A stretch of 64,000 nt of DNA, taken from assembly GCF_006345805.1 (NCBI RefSeq), contig NC_043008.1, forward strand, positions 61,318,001 to 61,382,000, given 5' to 3'. How positions within the stretch are numbered: position 1 is the first letter of the stretch; each line of letters starts with the position of its first letter. The DNA comes from Octopus sinensis (taxonomy: Eukaryota). Of the stretch, positions 10,621 to 24,312 are shown piece after piece. The notes under the pieces are model-generated. The model was not told the origin of the DNA. It saw nothing but the letters and a program-made list of their open reading frames with translations, and did not search any database. Made by a program: the position numbers and the translations under genes.

Positions 10621-12307
10621 TGCATATATGTACATACGGACGTCGATAGGTAAGCGAGTACATATTTACACATGTATACACGCAACCGACATCAAATCTA
10701 TGCGTCGAAGACATGATATTATGAAAGACGAAGTGCATAGAAAGTTTTCGAAAATTATTTCTGTTCTAAATAATTGTTCAAAGAATGAATTTACAGCTAA
10801 ATATCAGAGATTACAAACCAACATTCAACAGAGATCAATAAATAAAAATCTAAAGCAATGTAAACTTGGAAAACAAAATAGTAAAGAACGAAGCACAAAT
10901 ATACAATTATTTGCTTTAAATTTTGTCTGTTCTTTTAATGTGGAGTATTATAATTAGAATAACAATAAAATATTTATTGCTTGTTATAAACTTTAGTCGA
11001 TAATTTTATTTACTAATCTACTTGTTGTATTTTATTATACTCGACTTTTATAGACGTAGAGTTTGAAGTTAACTGTCTAAAAATATATCCTAAACATGTT
11101 CTATAGAAATACACACATACATTCATGCATATCTGCATACATAAATACACGCATACGCCCGCATACGGACTGGCACTCACTCACAAATACATACACACAT
11201 GTGTATATATCTTTCTATGTGTACGTATGTATGTACATACGTATGTATGTGTACTATTCATAGCATTGTTTGAGGCGGGAATGCGTTGTTGAGAAAACTT
11301 AAAAGCAGTGTTTAAATTAACAAGCGATCTTTGTGATAGCTATCATTGTTATTTACACAAAATATATTTACAATTTCATTGAACGAAATATTTTTTTCCT
11401 TAAATTCATTTAAATGATTGATAATTAAATAAGATTTACTCGCGTGCTTACTTTCTGCCCGTTGGTTCTAAATCTGCGCACAGCATTAAAACTGAATGTT
11501 ATTCTATTTTAGTTTCAAACTCAAGTATCTAATCAAGTGTATGTACCTGAACATGATTTATTATTTAGAAAGTAAAACTTGGAACTCTTTTATAACTAAA
11601 GGTCAGGCCTGGTTTAAGATACTTATGACGAAATATGTTTTCACACGAAAGTGTCCACTGGTCATGTCTATATATCAATACTCTGATATGCATTCTCTAT
11701 TTTAATCACATTAACGTTGTATCAAACACGGCACTTTTGGCAATATATTTACCTGAAGGCAACTTATTTTGTGAAGTAAGAATGAGTCATTAAGAACTCG
11801 CTTAACATCTTAGAAATAGAACCGAAAAATAGTATCTTCTAACGTAACAAAAAGATTTCATAAATAACAGGAAACAAGAGAACAAATATCTAATATCTAA
11901 CGTGATAGAAATAACTGCCACAAAATGACTGAACAAGCTGCCAAATTTCCTCAAACCATACTGTGTCGTCTCGAAAACGTTTATATCTAAGCCTACATTG
12001 CGTAATTTAATATGAAATACACGATAATTAGAAAGAAGAAATGTAGAAAGGCCATTGTTGGAAGGATTTAGAGTATAGATCTTAATATCTTAGACAAGGT
12101 ACAACAATTTTTTCACAGTGTGAAGAACAAATCCAGGCTGCACCATGGCATTTAGAATGAAATTAGTAAATACAATGTCTAAAAAGGTATTCAATGTTTG
12201 GGTTAAACTACAACAAAACCAGCATATTACTATAGTTAATGATTCGTTGCAATTCAGTTTTGTGTATTAGTAAATAGGGATCCTTGTTAATATATAAATG
12301 AGTATAA

Positions 12308-12619
12308 ATGTTCTATAAACCCACATATGAACTGCAAAAAGAAAACACTGTATACCAGATTAAGTGCCAAGAAGGGACTTGCACGATTATCCCTGGAGCA
12401 TCAATGATAGGTTCAAAGAACACCTGGATGACTACATTGAAAAAGATACCAAACTCCAACTTTTATCAGCATGCAGTAGACTGTCACAATGGCTCTTTAG
12501 GGAGACTTAAGTTAGATATCTTATCTACTCATCCCACTGATGCAAAACTGAGACAAGTCCCTGTAAAGGTCTGTATACAAAAATACAAACCCACCCTCAA
12601 CTGTAAATTCGAATTTTAA
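12308..12619 (+). pseudogene. Penelope-like element GIY-YIG endonuclease relic
   Basis: ORF ENTVYQIKCQ...SNFYQHAVDCHNG...LKLDILSTHPTDAKLRQV...CIQKYKPTLNCKFE; a shifted frame supplies SINDRFKEHL, the R-x-x-EH helix of PLE GIY-YIG domains. Confidence 0.8.
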
Positions 12620-13357
12620 CCATTGTCTGCGAAAATAGAGACATATATATGTGTAGATGGATAACCGTATATATGTGTATACTTTAGGATTATACGTATA
12701 TATTGTGTGTATACGTGTTTATATGATTGTGTGTGCTTGTATATATGTATAGGTAGGTTTATATTTGCATGTATGTATCTAAGACATCGTATCCATTCAC
12801 CGTTAGACGGTGGTGAGAAGGACACACGCACGCACATACACACATATGTTTGTGTGTGCGTATATATATATATATATAAATGTGTGTGTGTGTGTGTGTG
12901 TGTGTGTACAACCTTCGACAGAGTAACAACCATGTATACAACTTGAACAGACACACATATCGGTACATAAACATACCTTCACATTTACATACACATATAC
13001 ACAGACACGTCTACACACTTAAATACCTAAATACTCACATACATACATAAGTCCATAGTATATACATACATGCGTATAGGCATGCACGCATGCATACGCA
13101 TCTACAAATTTGCATACGCACATACATGCACAAAAGAATGTCAAACTGAGTTTACATCTTCTCAGCTTGGAAATTTGGATGCAACTGGAAATGGACGCAG
13201 AATAACACAGGTAGCTAAAGTGAAAGAGAAATTATAGGAGTGGCTGTTGGGTGAGAAAATGAATGCGAAAGTTGTGGATGAGCTTGTATTTTAGAGGGAG
13301 GATGGACGGGTGGTAGGTGAGAGTGAAATACAATACGGTCGCTGGAAGTACGTGAAT

Positions 13358-13464
<107 letters not shown>

Positions 13465-13537
13465 AACGAATAACGAAGGCTGTTATACGCAATACATAAC
13501 CAAAAACGAAAAGTTGAGTTGTCACTGTCACTGAGGA

Positions 13538-13771
13538 TGCAGGGTAGCACCTACATTGATAGGAAAAAAGAGCTAAAAGCCCTTATGTCGACAGTAAACA
13601 CAAGTCTGAGTACTGAGTAGGGAGATAACAGCCCCAAAGCGCGCGAGCACAGTAGTCTAGTTTCGCTTAGGGCATCTATGGTGACTCCCCTGTCAGTGAA
13701 TTGATATGTTTTTTCCTGCAGCTATAAGGGTTCCCCCACCTTATTTCTAGCAATGTAGGTTCCACCCTGCA
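13538..13771. mobile_element. MITE with ~28-bp imperfect TIRs
   Basis: TGCAGGGTAGCACCTACATTGATAGGAA vs reverse complement of TTTCTAGCAATGTAGGTTCCACCCTGCA; no clear TSD. Confidence 0.6.
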
Positions 13772-14448
13772 CTATCTGTCACAATTAATGTCAACTGTAT
13801 ATATATATATATATAATATCATATCTACATATGTCTGTGTGTCATTGTATTTAAGCCCATATCATTCATCACATATGTATTCTTTATATGTTCCTGGATA
13901 TTTGGACGAATTGTTGCTCGTCATATGTGAATAGTTTCCATTTTGGAACAAAATGTCTTTATAACACACGCAAGTTTTTGGTACAAGAGATTCTGGAACC
14001 ACAAATACTTCAATGTTCTTGTACCTTGTGAGCTAGAAGCACACACGGGGCAATGAGTCTAATAAGAACTGATGTTGCTTTTAACATAGCGAATAAATTG
14101 GTTGCTATCGAAGTGAACGTTCAAGGGAAATGTATTTAGAATATCGTTTATTGAATCTATAATGATAGACAAGTCAAACATTTTGCGATATTTGGTCAAA
14201 AGAAATTATAGTGTTTGTGATGTAATTTTCCTGAAACAGTTGGTTAGTACGATTGCTATAAGAGAAGGAGGGAACAATGAACCAGACAATTATCTTGCTT
14301 GAAATAACAGTCAAATCACCCCAAAATTGCGCCATGCTGTATTGAAAAATTAAATGTTGTTTAATGTAATCTTATACATAATTCTAAAATATTCAGAGGT
14401 CTGCTTTTACTGCTTTTTACAGGATTGAAGTAAAAGCAGCAGCAGGAT

Positions 14449-14820
14449 GCGCAATGGCCCAGTGGTTAGGGCAGCGGACTCACGGTCGGAGGATCGTGGT
14501 TTCGATTCCCAGACCGGGCGTTGTGTGTGTTTATTGAGCAAAAACTCCTAAAGTTCCACGAGGCTCCGTCAAGGGGTGGTGGCGACCCCTGTTGTACTAT
14601 TTCACCCCAACTTTCTCTCACTCTTTCTTCCGGTTTCTTGTCCCTGACCTCCTACGCAACCGCTGAGCCTGGATGCGCATTCATCCGTCGATGCTCAAGG
14701 TGTCGGGGGTTGACCTGCTTTCTCTTCTGCGGGTCTTACGAATAGCAAAGAACCACGTTTCAGACTTTTCCCATCTCGCGAGCTCTGGGACGAAGACCGT
14801 TCGCTCAACAGCAACAGCAA
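14449..14820 (+). mobile_element. tRNA(Arg)-like-headed SINE, family D
   Basis: A-box TGGCCCAGTGG, B-box GGTTTCGATTCCC, (CAA/CAG)n tail; other copies have TCG at the anticodon position (GGACTCGCGG). Confidence 0.85.
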
Positions 14821-14924
14821 CAATTATGTCTTGTAAAAACAGTTAATTCATAAATGTCTGATCTTCAGAGAACGAATTCAAAATTAAATCATTGCAATAT
14901 GAACTTATCTAATAGTTGGATGTT

Positions 14925-15292
14925 TATGTTTCTTTTTTTCAATCATTTGACTTCGGTCATGCTGGAACACCGCCTTTAGTCGAACAAACTGACCCCAGGA
15001 CTTCTTTGTAGAAGAAGCTTAGTACGTAATCTATCGGTCTGTTTTGCCGAACCTCTAAGTTAGGGGGCGTAAACACACCAACATCGGTTGTCAAGCGATG
15101 GTGGGGGGACAAACATAGACACACACACACACATACACATACACACATAGACGATGAGCTTCTTTCAGTTTCCGTCCATCAAATCCACTCAAAAGGCTTT
15201 CGTCGGCCCGAGGCGACAGTAGAAGGCATGCACGGGGACTGAACTCGGAACCATGTGGTTGGGAAGCAAGCTACTTACCACACAGCCACTCC
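14925..15292 (-). mobile_element. SINE family A
   Basis: Reverse complement of the family A consensus, head ending ACCACACAGCCACTCC. Confidence 0.85.
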
Positions 15293-16129
15293 TCTGCCTA
15301 TCTACCTTTATTATAGATACGCCACTAAACAAGGTACATATACACATTTCTTTGAATCCATAAAATGTAAATTCAATGATTTGCAAAAACTTATAATTAA
15401 TCTCTGATATTATTTGACGTGACTGCAGGGGAGAGCTAAGAGGATCACTATTTCCTCGAAAAAAAAAATAGAAGAAAAAGTTCTTAGTGGCATTATTTGT
15501 GACTCTTTAGGTGCTGAGCTCAAATGCTACCAAATTTTATTGTCTTTCATTCTGTCGAATTCGATAAAAGACTTTTATAAAAGACAGTTTATTAAAACTA
15601 ATGCAGTTAGTCAAACATTCCACAGGCCGGATGCCAAAATGTCTCACGGGTCGCATACGCAATACGTATCATGTACGTACGTATGTATGTATGTATGCAT
15701 GTATGTATATATGCATGCATGTATGTATATATGTATGCATGGATGTATTTATGTATGTCATTATTCAGTTTATTCAATATTTCTTGCCAATAGAGAAAGA
15801 ACCAGTTTCTAACCTAGATCCACGGCTCCTTCATTGGAATTTCAACATCAACAACTGGGGTATTTTTGTATGTATGTATACATGTATGTATGTATGTGCA
15901 GATTTGTATGTTTTATGTATGTGTCCTTATGCATATAGACAGCAATTTAGCTTGGATCGGGCTTCGTTTCGGGTACGCACTATTGACAAGTGTCTATCAT
16001 TCCTGAATGGAGCCTGATTCAAGTTATCTCCCTTGTCTATGATTTCCAGGTGTTTTGCTACCAGGTGCACTGACGCCAATATATTTTCTTGCGACTCTAG
16101 GCGCATCTTACGCACACACTAGCAAAGCA

Positions 16130-16410
16130 GACTCCTTGTTATTGCTTAAACCAGACTAATGGGATTTATTCTACGCCGCTAGACACAAGCGGTCCTTAGC
16201 TTTGTTGTATCATTTGAATGAAGAGCAATTCCAATGGGTAGGCTAGCAGGGCAACATTCCAATTTAACAGGATACCAGGCTGTCTCAGCGTTACCCATAT
16301 TCAGTTGAGTGAATTGGGGCAAACTGAAATGCAGTGTTTTCTTCAAGAACTCAATGAACCGACTGAATGGGAATCGAAGTCACGATCTTGCTCTCGTGAG
16401 TACAATTCCC
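16130..16410 (-). mobile_element. SINE family C-like fragment
   Basis: GGGAATCGAAGTCACGATCTT...CCCTAACCATT reverse-strand tRNA-like head plus shared core segment. Confidence 0.55.
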
Positions 16411-17622
16411 TAACCATTAATGCACATAATATATTTATGCATATATGCGCGTGTATGTGTGTGTGTATATGTATTGAAATTGGGCCAAGTACGAATGTAT
16501 TTTGTAGATGTTTATGAAATATCTCAGAAGCTACAACAATGCTACTAAAACATATCTAATGCACAAACGCTTTTCATATATTTACCCAATGGTTTAACAA
16601 CTGCTTTGGAATTATATGTGGCTGTAGAATTGCAACATTTATTGGAAGCAACAAAAAGCACGGAATCATTGATGCAAGTAGCTGACTGAAAAGCGATAAA
16701 ATATAAAATTCATACAGGTCGATGAAATGCAATAAATAATATAGTCAACCGGCAATTTAGTCTTTTTCTCTTGTTTGTGAGCATAGATAATAAAGCAGGG
16801 CTGTTGCATAATATGATAATTTTGAAGGCACGAGAAGAAATTCTACGGGATCTATGAGCAGCCGACCAGCAAGAATCCTTTAATTTTGGTAAATAATTAA
16901 TCTTATATCAAACGTAGAGGCGTCAAATTTCTCAAGAGACGTTTCAGGAAATTTTATCACCTTTGAAGTATTGCTACTCTCTGCATATCTACTGATCCAA
17001 TTCGAATTTTGTCTATACACATCAAAGACTTCTCATGAATACTGACATTGAGAAGGAATGATATAAAAATGGACAACAGAAATACAAAAATTGTTGTATA
17101 ATCAAATATATGTGTTATATATGAGATTGTATAATGTAGATTTGAATTGAGTAATCGCATTTCTCGGAGCAAGAATACTTCAGATCCAAGTCAGTTCAGA
17201 GACATTACCAAAATCAATGGAAGTGACAAGTAATCATTTATGAGACTTGCTGACAGAATTCTAGAATATCATACATTTTGACTAATAGGTATTATATTTT
17301 TCTAAGACCCACACATCAGGTTTCACCAGGAAAACACTTGTCTGTTCGAATCATACACACAAACTATATAGAAATATCGATTCGATTCTTTGGCCAACGA
17401 ACAGAAATTTCTTCCTGTAGAGAAGTGGGTATATGTTTGTATGAGTTAAGGTTTTTGAAACACATTGTTATTGTATTTTAGAGCTATTCTGATTCTATCG
17501 CTTTGTAATTTAGCGGTGATGGATATATATTTTACCGTCATTATTTTCATCTATATTCAGCTAAGAATATATTACACCTTACTGAATTTTACATTGTAAC
17601 ATTGTGATTATAATAGATTTAT

Positions 17623-17664
<42 letters not shown>

Positions 17665-19744
17665 CATGTGTGCGTGTGTGTGCGGCATGCGGGTCCGGTC
17701 TTCATTCAGGCATGTATATATCTACGCAAGTACGTATCTATGATGCATACATCATACATAAATACATAATATACATGTGATGTAGCGAGAAAAGTAGACG
17801 TATCATGCTATTGTTCCCCATCTAAACAACAATTCACGTATTTCGACTTGATAAAGCAACCATAGGGCAAGCAGGACTGTTTCTGAAATACACCTCTCCG
17901 ACTAATTATTTTCTTGCATGCCTTAGCATTTTTAAACGAGTCATAGTCATTATCGTGATATATGGCATAGCTTGGTCATCTTTTTATATTTGGCGGAGCT
18001 CATCTCTTCCCAAGTCTTACCCAATCCGATTTGTTCCAGGGGGAGAGAGTCACATAAATATTAAAAGATAATGCAAAAACATAGAAGCAATGGTAATACT
18101 GGAGTGGTATTATATGTAACGATTCCGAAATGTAATGATAATTTAACGTCCCTGAAATTTGAACTTACAGCATAAAGATCGAAAATGATTACTCCAATGT
18201 AATATATCCAACGTTGTAACGGCTCTGCAACTCTTCAGCCTATAACTATTCACTATTAGTTACAATGAATCAATGCTTGTTTTTCTTTCTTCATCAGGGA
18301 CAGAACACAACACATTATATAATGTCAACCATTAACTCTTTGACTGACAACTGTAGCATAAACAAAGCAACCTTTTAATTTGCTGTGAATCTCATACCCT
18401 TAGGTTTAAATAAATTGTGATAACAAGGAAATACTGAACATTTGAAGATAATTTAAATTGTTCCTATAAAAAAGTACTGGAATATAAAATGTCCGAAATG
18501 TTAAACAGGAAAAAACTGTTCCTTCTTAGAGTTTGTCATGTTTTTTTTTTTTCACTAGTTTCATGTAAAATTTTGTATTTCAGGAAACTAATAAAAAATA
18601 GTCATTGAACGGTGACTAGAAGCAGTAGGTTATATGCTCTTTGATGTTTAACTTTAGTCACTTCCACTCTACTCCCTGTTGACTGCAGTTCCAATAAAGC
18701 AGAACTTCATAAAAGCCATTTACATATTTTATTTCGTTTATATTTTTCTCAGTCTCTTAATAAACCGAAAGAGACAATATGCATCACACGTCTTTTGATA
18801 CTATATCTTCATACGATATACATAATTAGCAAAATTGTTTTTCCCACAAGAAATTCTAAAATAAACATGTCAAAGAACTTTGTTTTGATCAATTAAGTGT
18901 AAGTATATTTTAGTTAATGTTGTATATTTTAGTTTTATTTTATTATAGTTTTATAATTTTTTCGTTCGCACAGTTTTATTTTAGCAGTCGACCATTTATT
19001 TTCTCTAAAAACTATCATACCGAAAGATGTATAGTTCATTCTATTACATTGTCTATATATTAGGACTCTTTAATAAATTAGCAAGGATTGTGTGTATTTC
19101 TTAGATAATATCTGTGATATTGTCTCTCGACATTCACAATGATATGCAAAACATTTTTATTAAACTGAAGGATCGTCAAACTTATACCATACTAGTCTAC
19201 CGAAAGTAACACTCCAATCGAATTTTTAACTCAATACTGAAGCCAGGTAATAACAGGTGCGTCTGGTAATGAATCATCTTGTTACAGGTAAAATAAGCCA
19301 TTGTGCTATACACAATGGTAGATAATGTTGTTCGTCAGTAACTCAAAAGCAGGTGATATTTAAGCGACCAAGCGAAGTCATGCTTTAGTGACGGCGTTAA
19401 AATAGACAATAATTTTCTGTTTAATAATTCATAGTGTATCCACTGTCAGAGAAATGTGAAAATAAAAGCCATAAAACCCCGAACTCCGATTGTAAAAGTA
19501 TAAAAGAACCGTCATGAATAAATTAAATTTATCGTTTGCGCATCTAATGATGTATCGCGTATTTCCATATAAATAACTTGTGAGGTAAAGACATCATTGG
19601 CATAATGTCAGTTTTATCATTTTGGGATGTAAGGGAGAAAATTATCCTTATGTTTCGATTTTGTGTATTCTTCCCAGTGAACCGTTACCTTTCTAGTTTT
19701 TCACTACGTTACTCAAGAAATAGGAAGAAAGAGTGAAAAAAAGT

Positions 19745-19910
19745 TGAGGCGAAAGAGTACAACGGGGGTCGCCATCACCGCCTGCCGGAGGTTCGTGGAG
19801 CTTTAGGTGTTTTCGCTCAATAAACACACACAACGCCCGGTCTGGGAATCGAAACCACGATCGTCCGACCGCGAGTCCGCTACACTAACCACTGGGTCAT
19901 TACGCCTCCA
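19745..19910 (-). mobile_element. SINE family D, 5' half
   Basis: CGCCCGGTCTGGGAATCGAAACCACGATCGTCCGACCGCGAGTCCGC is the reverse complement of the 14449 head. Confidence 0.85.
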
Positions 19911-20131
19911 CATCCACCACTTCAGTTGGGAAAATTACAAAAGAGGCACTAACATTTTCCTCATCATCCACCTTTATATTCAACAAGTAATCACTAAAAT
20001 ATAGCAATTTCTTATAGATATATCAATATTTAATATGAATTTTCAATTCTGTCATAGGCACAGTTTAAAGTGAGTAAAGCACGATCTTTATGCCAAAAGC
20101 CTATGACATTTTGGCATTATTAATTTGAAAA

Positions 20132-20240
20132 GCGGTCGGACGATCGCGGTTTCTATTCCCAGACCCTGCGCTGTGTGTACTTATTCAGCGAAAACACTTA
20201 AAGCTCCACGAGACTCCGGCAGGTTTGGTGGCGACGCTCA
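20132..20240 (+). mobile_element. SINE family D fragment
   Basis: GCGGTCGGACGATCGCGGTTTCTATTCCCAGACC...AAGCTCCACGAG. Confidence 0.7.
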
Positions 20241-20699
20241 CTAATCCGAGATATTTTTTACTCCAGTTAATTAATCTTTCCTCTTAATCATTCTCACTTG
20301 GTTCATTAGTTTATTTTCTGACATTAGACACATGTTCCTTTCCATTCAAAATTTCAAGGTACGTCGTCCTACTCTGCGACTTCTTTACACCTTTGCTCTT
20401 TCATAACATTCAATAAGTGTATCGTACTCTTCCTTCATCCACTTATGCCTATTTTTGTGCACCCCGTATATGTGATCTGTTGTGATATAAACATCGTCCC
20501 AGGCCAGATCACTGCCCTTGATGCGGGCAGTTTCGGACGTGCCGGGCGGGAACCTTCACCATGATCGGCTATAGTTTCATTCTCGCCGTTAAATCTTTCC
20601 TTGTTATGTTGCATCATTATTTCAAGAGTCGTTCGTGGGGTTCCCACGAGAGTTGTTATTGAGACCCCATCGCTCTCTTCCTCACTTTATTTGCGCATA

Positions 20700-20725
20700 C
20701 GTGCCCGACGCCTGTTGTTATGTCC

Positions 20726-20771
<46 letters not shown>

Positions 20772-21050
20772 GTTTTTTGTATTTATATTCGTATTAATTT
20801 TTTTTGTATTTATATTCGTGTAACATCGCCCGTTTTTCTGTCCTTGTTTCGTATACATTCGATCCTTTTTCAAAGAAATCTAATACTCGTAGCTTAGTTT
20901 TTCCTTGGGTCTGGCAAGGTCGGAGCAATCTCAAGATTAATCAGCCGAAATTGCGAGGATGATCCGGTTCTTGACTGAAGATTAGAAGCTTCGAATGACC
21001 CGTCCGTGTTTTTTGTATCGTCCATTTGAATGTTTTGCGTTCTTGTCCCA
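20700..21050 (+). mobile_element. Unclassified interspersed repeat with internal (TTA)n, homologous to 5330-5620 (-)
   Basis: Visible alignment to the reverse complement of 5330-5620. Confidence 0.7.
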
Positions 21051-21318
21051 TTTTGTATATATGTATATATACATAACGTGCTTGCGTTGTGTCACCTCCA
21101 TAACTACAGTGATTATCATTACCACCATCTTTCTACCTATAGCGTTTAAAATTATCAATAAAAATATGGGTCCTGGTATATTGCAGCAGATCTTCGTCCC
21201 TATTTATCAAGTACTCGGCAGGCGTTCTCCTTTCATAATTTATACAATGGTCTATACTAATCAGTCCTCTGCTACCATTCTTTCTTTTCATATAGTCTGT
21301 TTACGTTTGCAGTTGACA

Positions 21319-21319
21319 C

Positions 21320-21407
<88 letters not shown>

Positions 21408-21441
21408 CAGCAGCAGCAATAGTAGTAGTAGAAGGAGGGGC

Positions 21442-21484
<43 letters not shown>

Positions 21485-21500
21485 TTTCCATTTATTATTA
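21319..21500. repeat. Compound trinucleotide microsatellite (ATT)n(AGT)n(AGC)n
   Basis: Direct reading. Confidence 0.95.
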
Positions 21501-21973
21501 AAGGATATTATTAAATGTTGTTTAGCTTCAACTTTTGTCTCGTAATTGAGATAATCATAAATATGTGAGTGTTGAAGGGAATAGTAGGAGGAAAGAGTAG
21601 CAGCTTGGTGAATAGACCGAAATTCTACAGGTCTGTAAATAGATTCAGCAGATGGTGAGGAGGTCAGCCATGGACATTGCTGTGTGGTAACGAGACAAAA
21701 GAGGCGTCACACCCTTTGGGTCAGCAGAGGTCGTATGTGTTTACTACAACGAGCGATCAATGAGAGCGCTGACCTTGGCCTTGAAAAGAAGTAATTCACC
21801 TCTTTAATTAATGATAGAAAAGAATAATTATATATACTGATGTTCACATCGCTGATCTTTTGAATTACTGAATTTTTTTGCTTTTCCTTTCTTTTCGTTT
21901 TATACATTTTGCTATGGTTTACAGTTTTTGTAATTGCGCAGTTTGTATATATCGGCAGGTGCTTACCCCCTTA

Positions 21974-21975
<2 letters not shown>

Positions 21976-22049
<74 letters not shown>

Positions 22050-22115
22050 GTTGTTGTTGTTGTTGTTGTTGTTATCATTATCATCATCGACATAGTCGTC
22101 GTCGTTATTACTATT
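21976..22115. repeat. Compound trinucleotide microsatellite (ATT)n(GTT)n(ATC)n(GTC)n
   Basis: Direct reading. Confidence 0.95.
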
Positions 22116-22329
22116 ATAATTTTTATTGCTTTTCTTCTCAAACCCAACATTAAAGCAGCTGTGTAGTATGTTGTTGAAATATATTTCTTTGGCTGTTTCT
22201 GGTGGGCCTGTCCTTAAGTCAGCACCACAATTAGTAAAACTTCTGTCTCAGTAGACTGTCCTCCGCATCTCACCCACTGATGCAATTATCCTCTCTCTAT
22301 TTCCACCATCTTCTATCTATTAACCACCC

Positions 22330-22990
22330 ACAAACTTATGTTGCAATCGTTTTAGCATGCTTTTCTGTAGCCAAATTTTTACTGTATTTTATTATAACTT
22401 TATTAGTTTTTCTTGTTTTTGTTTCTCATTTTCTCTCATAACTGCCTGTTATTACGTCCACTCTTTTATATTTGTTGACTTCCTCGATGACAGAAGAATC
22501 TTTTCTTTTGCTTTAGCTTTGTTCGTGTTTTGTAGCTGTTGGTATTTCTTTTCTATCTTTTTCATATTAGATATTATTGTGGTTCTACAATGGATATTTT
22601 ATAATAGTTTTCTAGTTACATAAGGCTTCTCCAATCCTGTATTCATAGTAAATATAATCTTTCGTATATCAGACTTTAGGTGTTCTATTCTAAATGTAGT
22701 TATTATTGTTCTGGTCGTTCTGTCTAGGCTTGGAAATTAATTTAGCGCCCAGTTAAGAATATTACAACAATAACATATGACTGGGACGGCCAGTGTATTG
22801 ATGCATATTACTTATTTTTTGTGGCATTTAACTCTGTCTTTAAGTATTGTATTAATCTATTACGTCGCATATTCGTTCATAATCTGTTCTTTCACTTGTG
22901 TCTGTTCGACTTTGTCTGGTCCATTGACTACTTTGTAAGAGTAAGTCTATGACTGATATTATTCACTTGCATCTGTTTTTCTAACTACAA
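22330..22990 (-). pseudogene. Dong/R4-type non-LTR retrotransposon RT-thumb relic
   Basis: Minus strand with frameshifts: YLKTELNATKNK* / INTLAVPVICYCCNILNWALN*FPSLDRTTRTIITTFRIEHLKSDIRKI, matching the ELN..NK..AINTLAVPV..YS..I.NW...LDRK.R...H..SD.ERL pattern of this clade. Confidence 0.7.
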
Positions 22991-23394
22991 TGATATAAGC
23001 TTTGTTAATTAATTTTCTTCTCTTCAATGTGGCCATGACGCATTCTTGTAATCTGAATAGCTTATAAATTTTTTTCTAACAAATATGTAGACAGTCTGTG
23101 GCACTGCTTCTAATTGTTTAAAAACTGTTGCGTAAAAATTCAGCTTGTACTTATTGAGAAGATGGTTGATTGTACTTCCTGACAACATCGTTTCGAATGT
23201 CTTGTATCTGGTCTCGGTAGTGATGAAGTGAAGACAAGGTATTTCTTTGCAACTGTGTGTTTGTGCTTTGCAAGGAAGGAAGGTAAGGCTGAAAGACATC
23301 TCTTGATTATGTTGTTGATAATACTGTTGACGTTGCTGTTACCTTTGCGGTTAGTGTTGGCGTTACTGTTGGTGTTACCTATCTCACATACCAG

Positions 23395-23814
23395 GAAATC
23401 CAAAAATTCGAAGAAATTAGAAATAATTGTGCTCATGAGAACTACACGTATCCTACAAATAAATATTGTCTATTTAATTTCAAAAACATTTTAATCTGTA
23501 AACATTATCAAATGTACCTTCAAATGAACATAATAGCAAACACATTTTACTGTCATCTTAAGAACAAACTATCATCGTATAATTAAATTATATTTAAAAG
23601 ACAATTCATAATTTTCTTATGTTTTCACTGACACTCTCTAGAACAATTTTCTGAGCAAAACCAAAAATATTGTACCTTAGCCATAATACGAACTTGAGCA
23701 TCTAACTTGTTGTCTCTTTAGGTCTCTTGGGGGGGATGGGATTCAGCTTGTACAAATACAAAGCGAAAACCAAATAATAATGATAGTAATAATAATAATA
23801 ATAGTAATAATAAC

Positions 23815-23858
<44 letters not shown>

Positions 23859-23917
23859 TAATAATAATAATTATGAGGATGATGATGATGATGATAATAA
23901 TAATAATAATAATAAGG

Positions 23918-23950
<33 letters not shown>

Positions 23951-24012
23951 TAATAATAATAATAATAATAATATAATAATAATAATAATAATGATAATAA
24001 TAATAATAATAA
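23395..24012 (+). mobile_element. Probable Dong/R4-type LINE 3'-end fragments ending in a long (AAT)n tail
   Basis: MRTTRILQINIV resembles the terminal GTAHILR motif; GGTCTCTTGGG...CAGCTTGTACAAATACAAAGCGAAAACCAAAT runs directly into ~250 bp of (AAT)n/(GAT)n at 23765-24012. Confidence 0.45.
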
Positions 24013-24223
24013 TTGTTTCTTCATTTAAGAGCAGCGCGGTTAATTTTGATATGAGGGTTTGTGTATGACGTCGATTAAATTATCTGACTGGTAGTTTATT
24101 TTCCCAGATATGGAAGTGTTAAAATAAAAAATTGAAACTTAAATATTAAGAGCTCGAACAGTACAACGCCAGGCATTCTGCCCAACGCTCTAACAAGTCT
24201 TCCAACACGGCAATATTGTCAAG

Positions 24224-24312
24224 GTTGATGATGATAACGATGATAATAACGATGACGATGATGATAATGATGATGATGATGATGATGATGACGATGATGA
24301 TGATGATGATAA
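24224..24312. repeat. (GAT)n/(GAC)n microsatellite
   Basis: Direct reading. Confidence 0.95.

Noticed and set aside
13660-13700. CTGACAG...GAAAC on the minus strand of the MITE
   Set aside because: The core deviates from CUGANGA and stems II and III do not form.
14449-14520. Functional tRNA gene
   Set aside because: A and B boxes are present but the acceptor stem does not close and the sequence continues into a SINE body found in several copies.
20973-21000. CTGAAGA followed by GAAT
   Set aside because: No stem II, no GAAA and no stem I partner; not conserved in the 5.4-kb copy.
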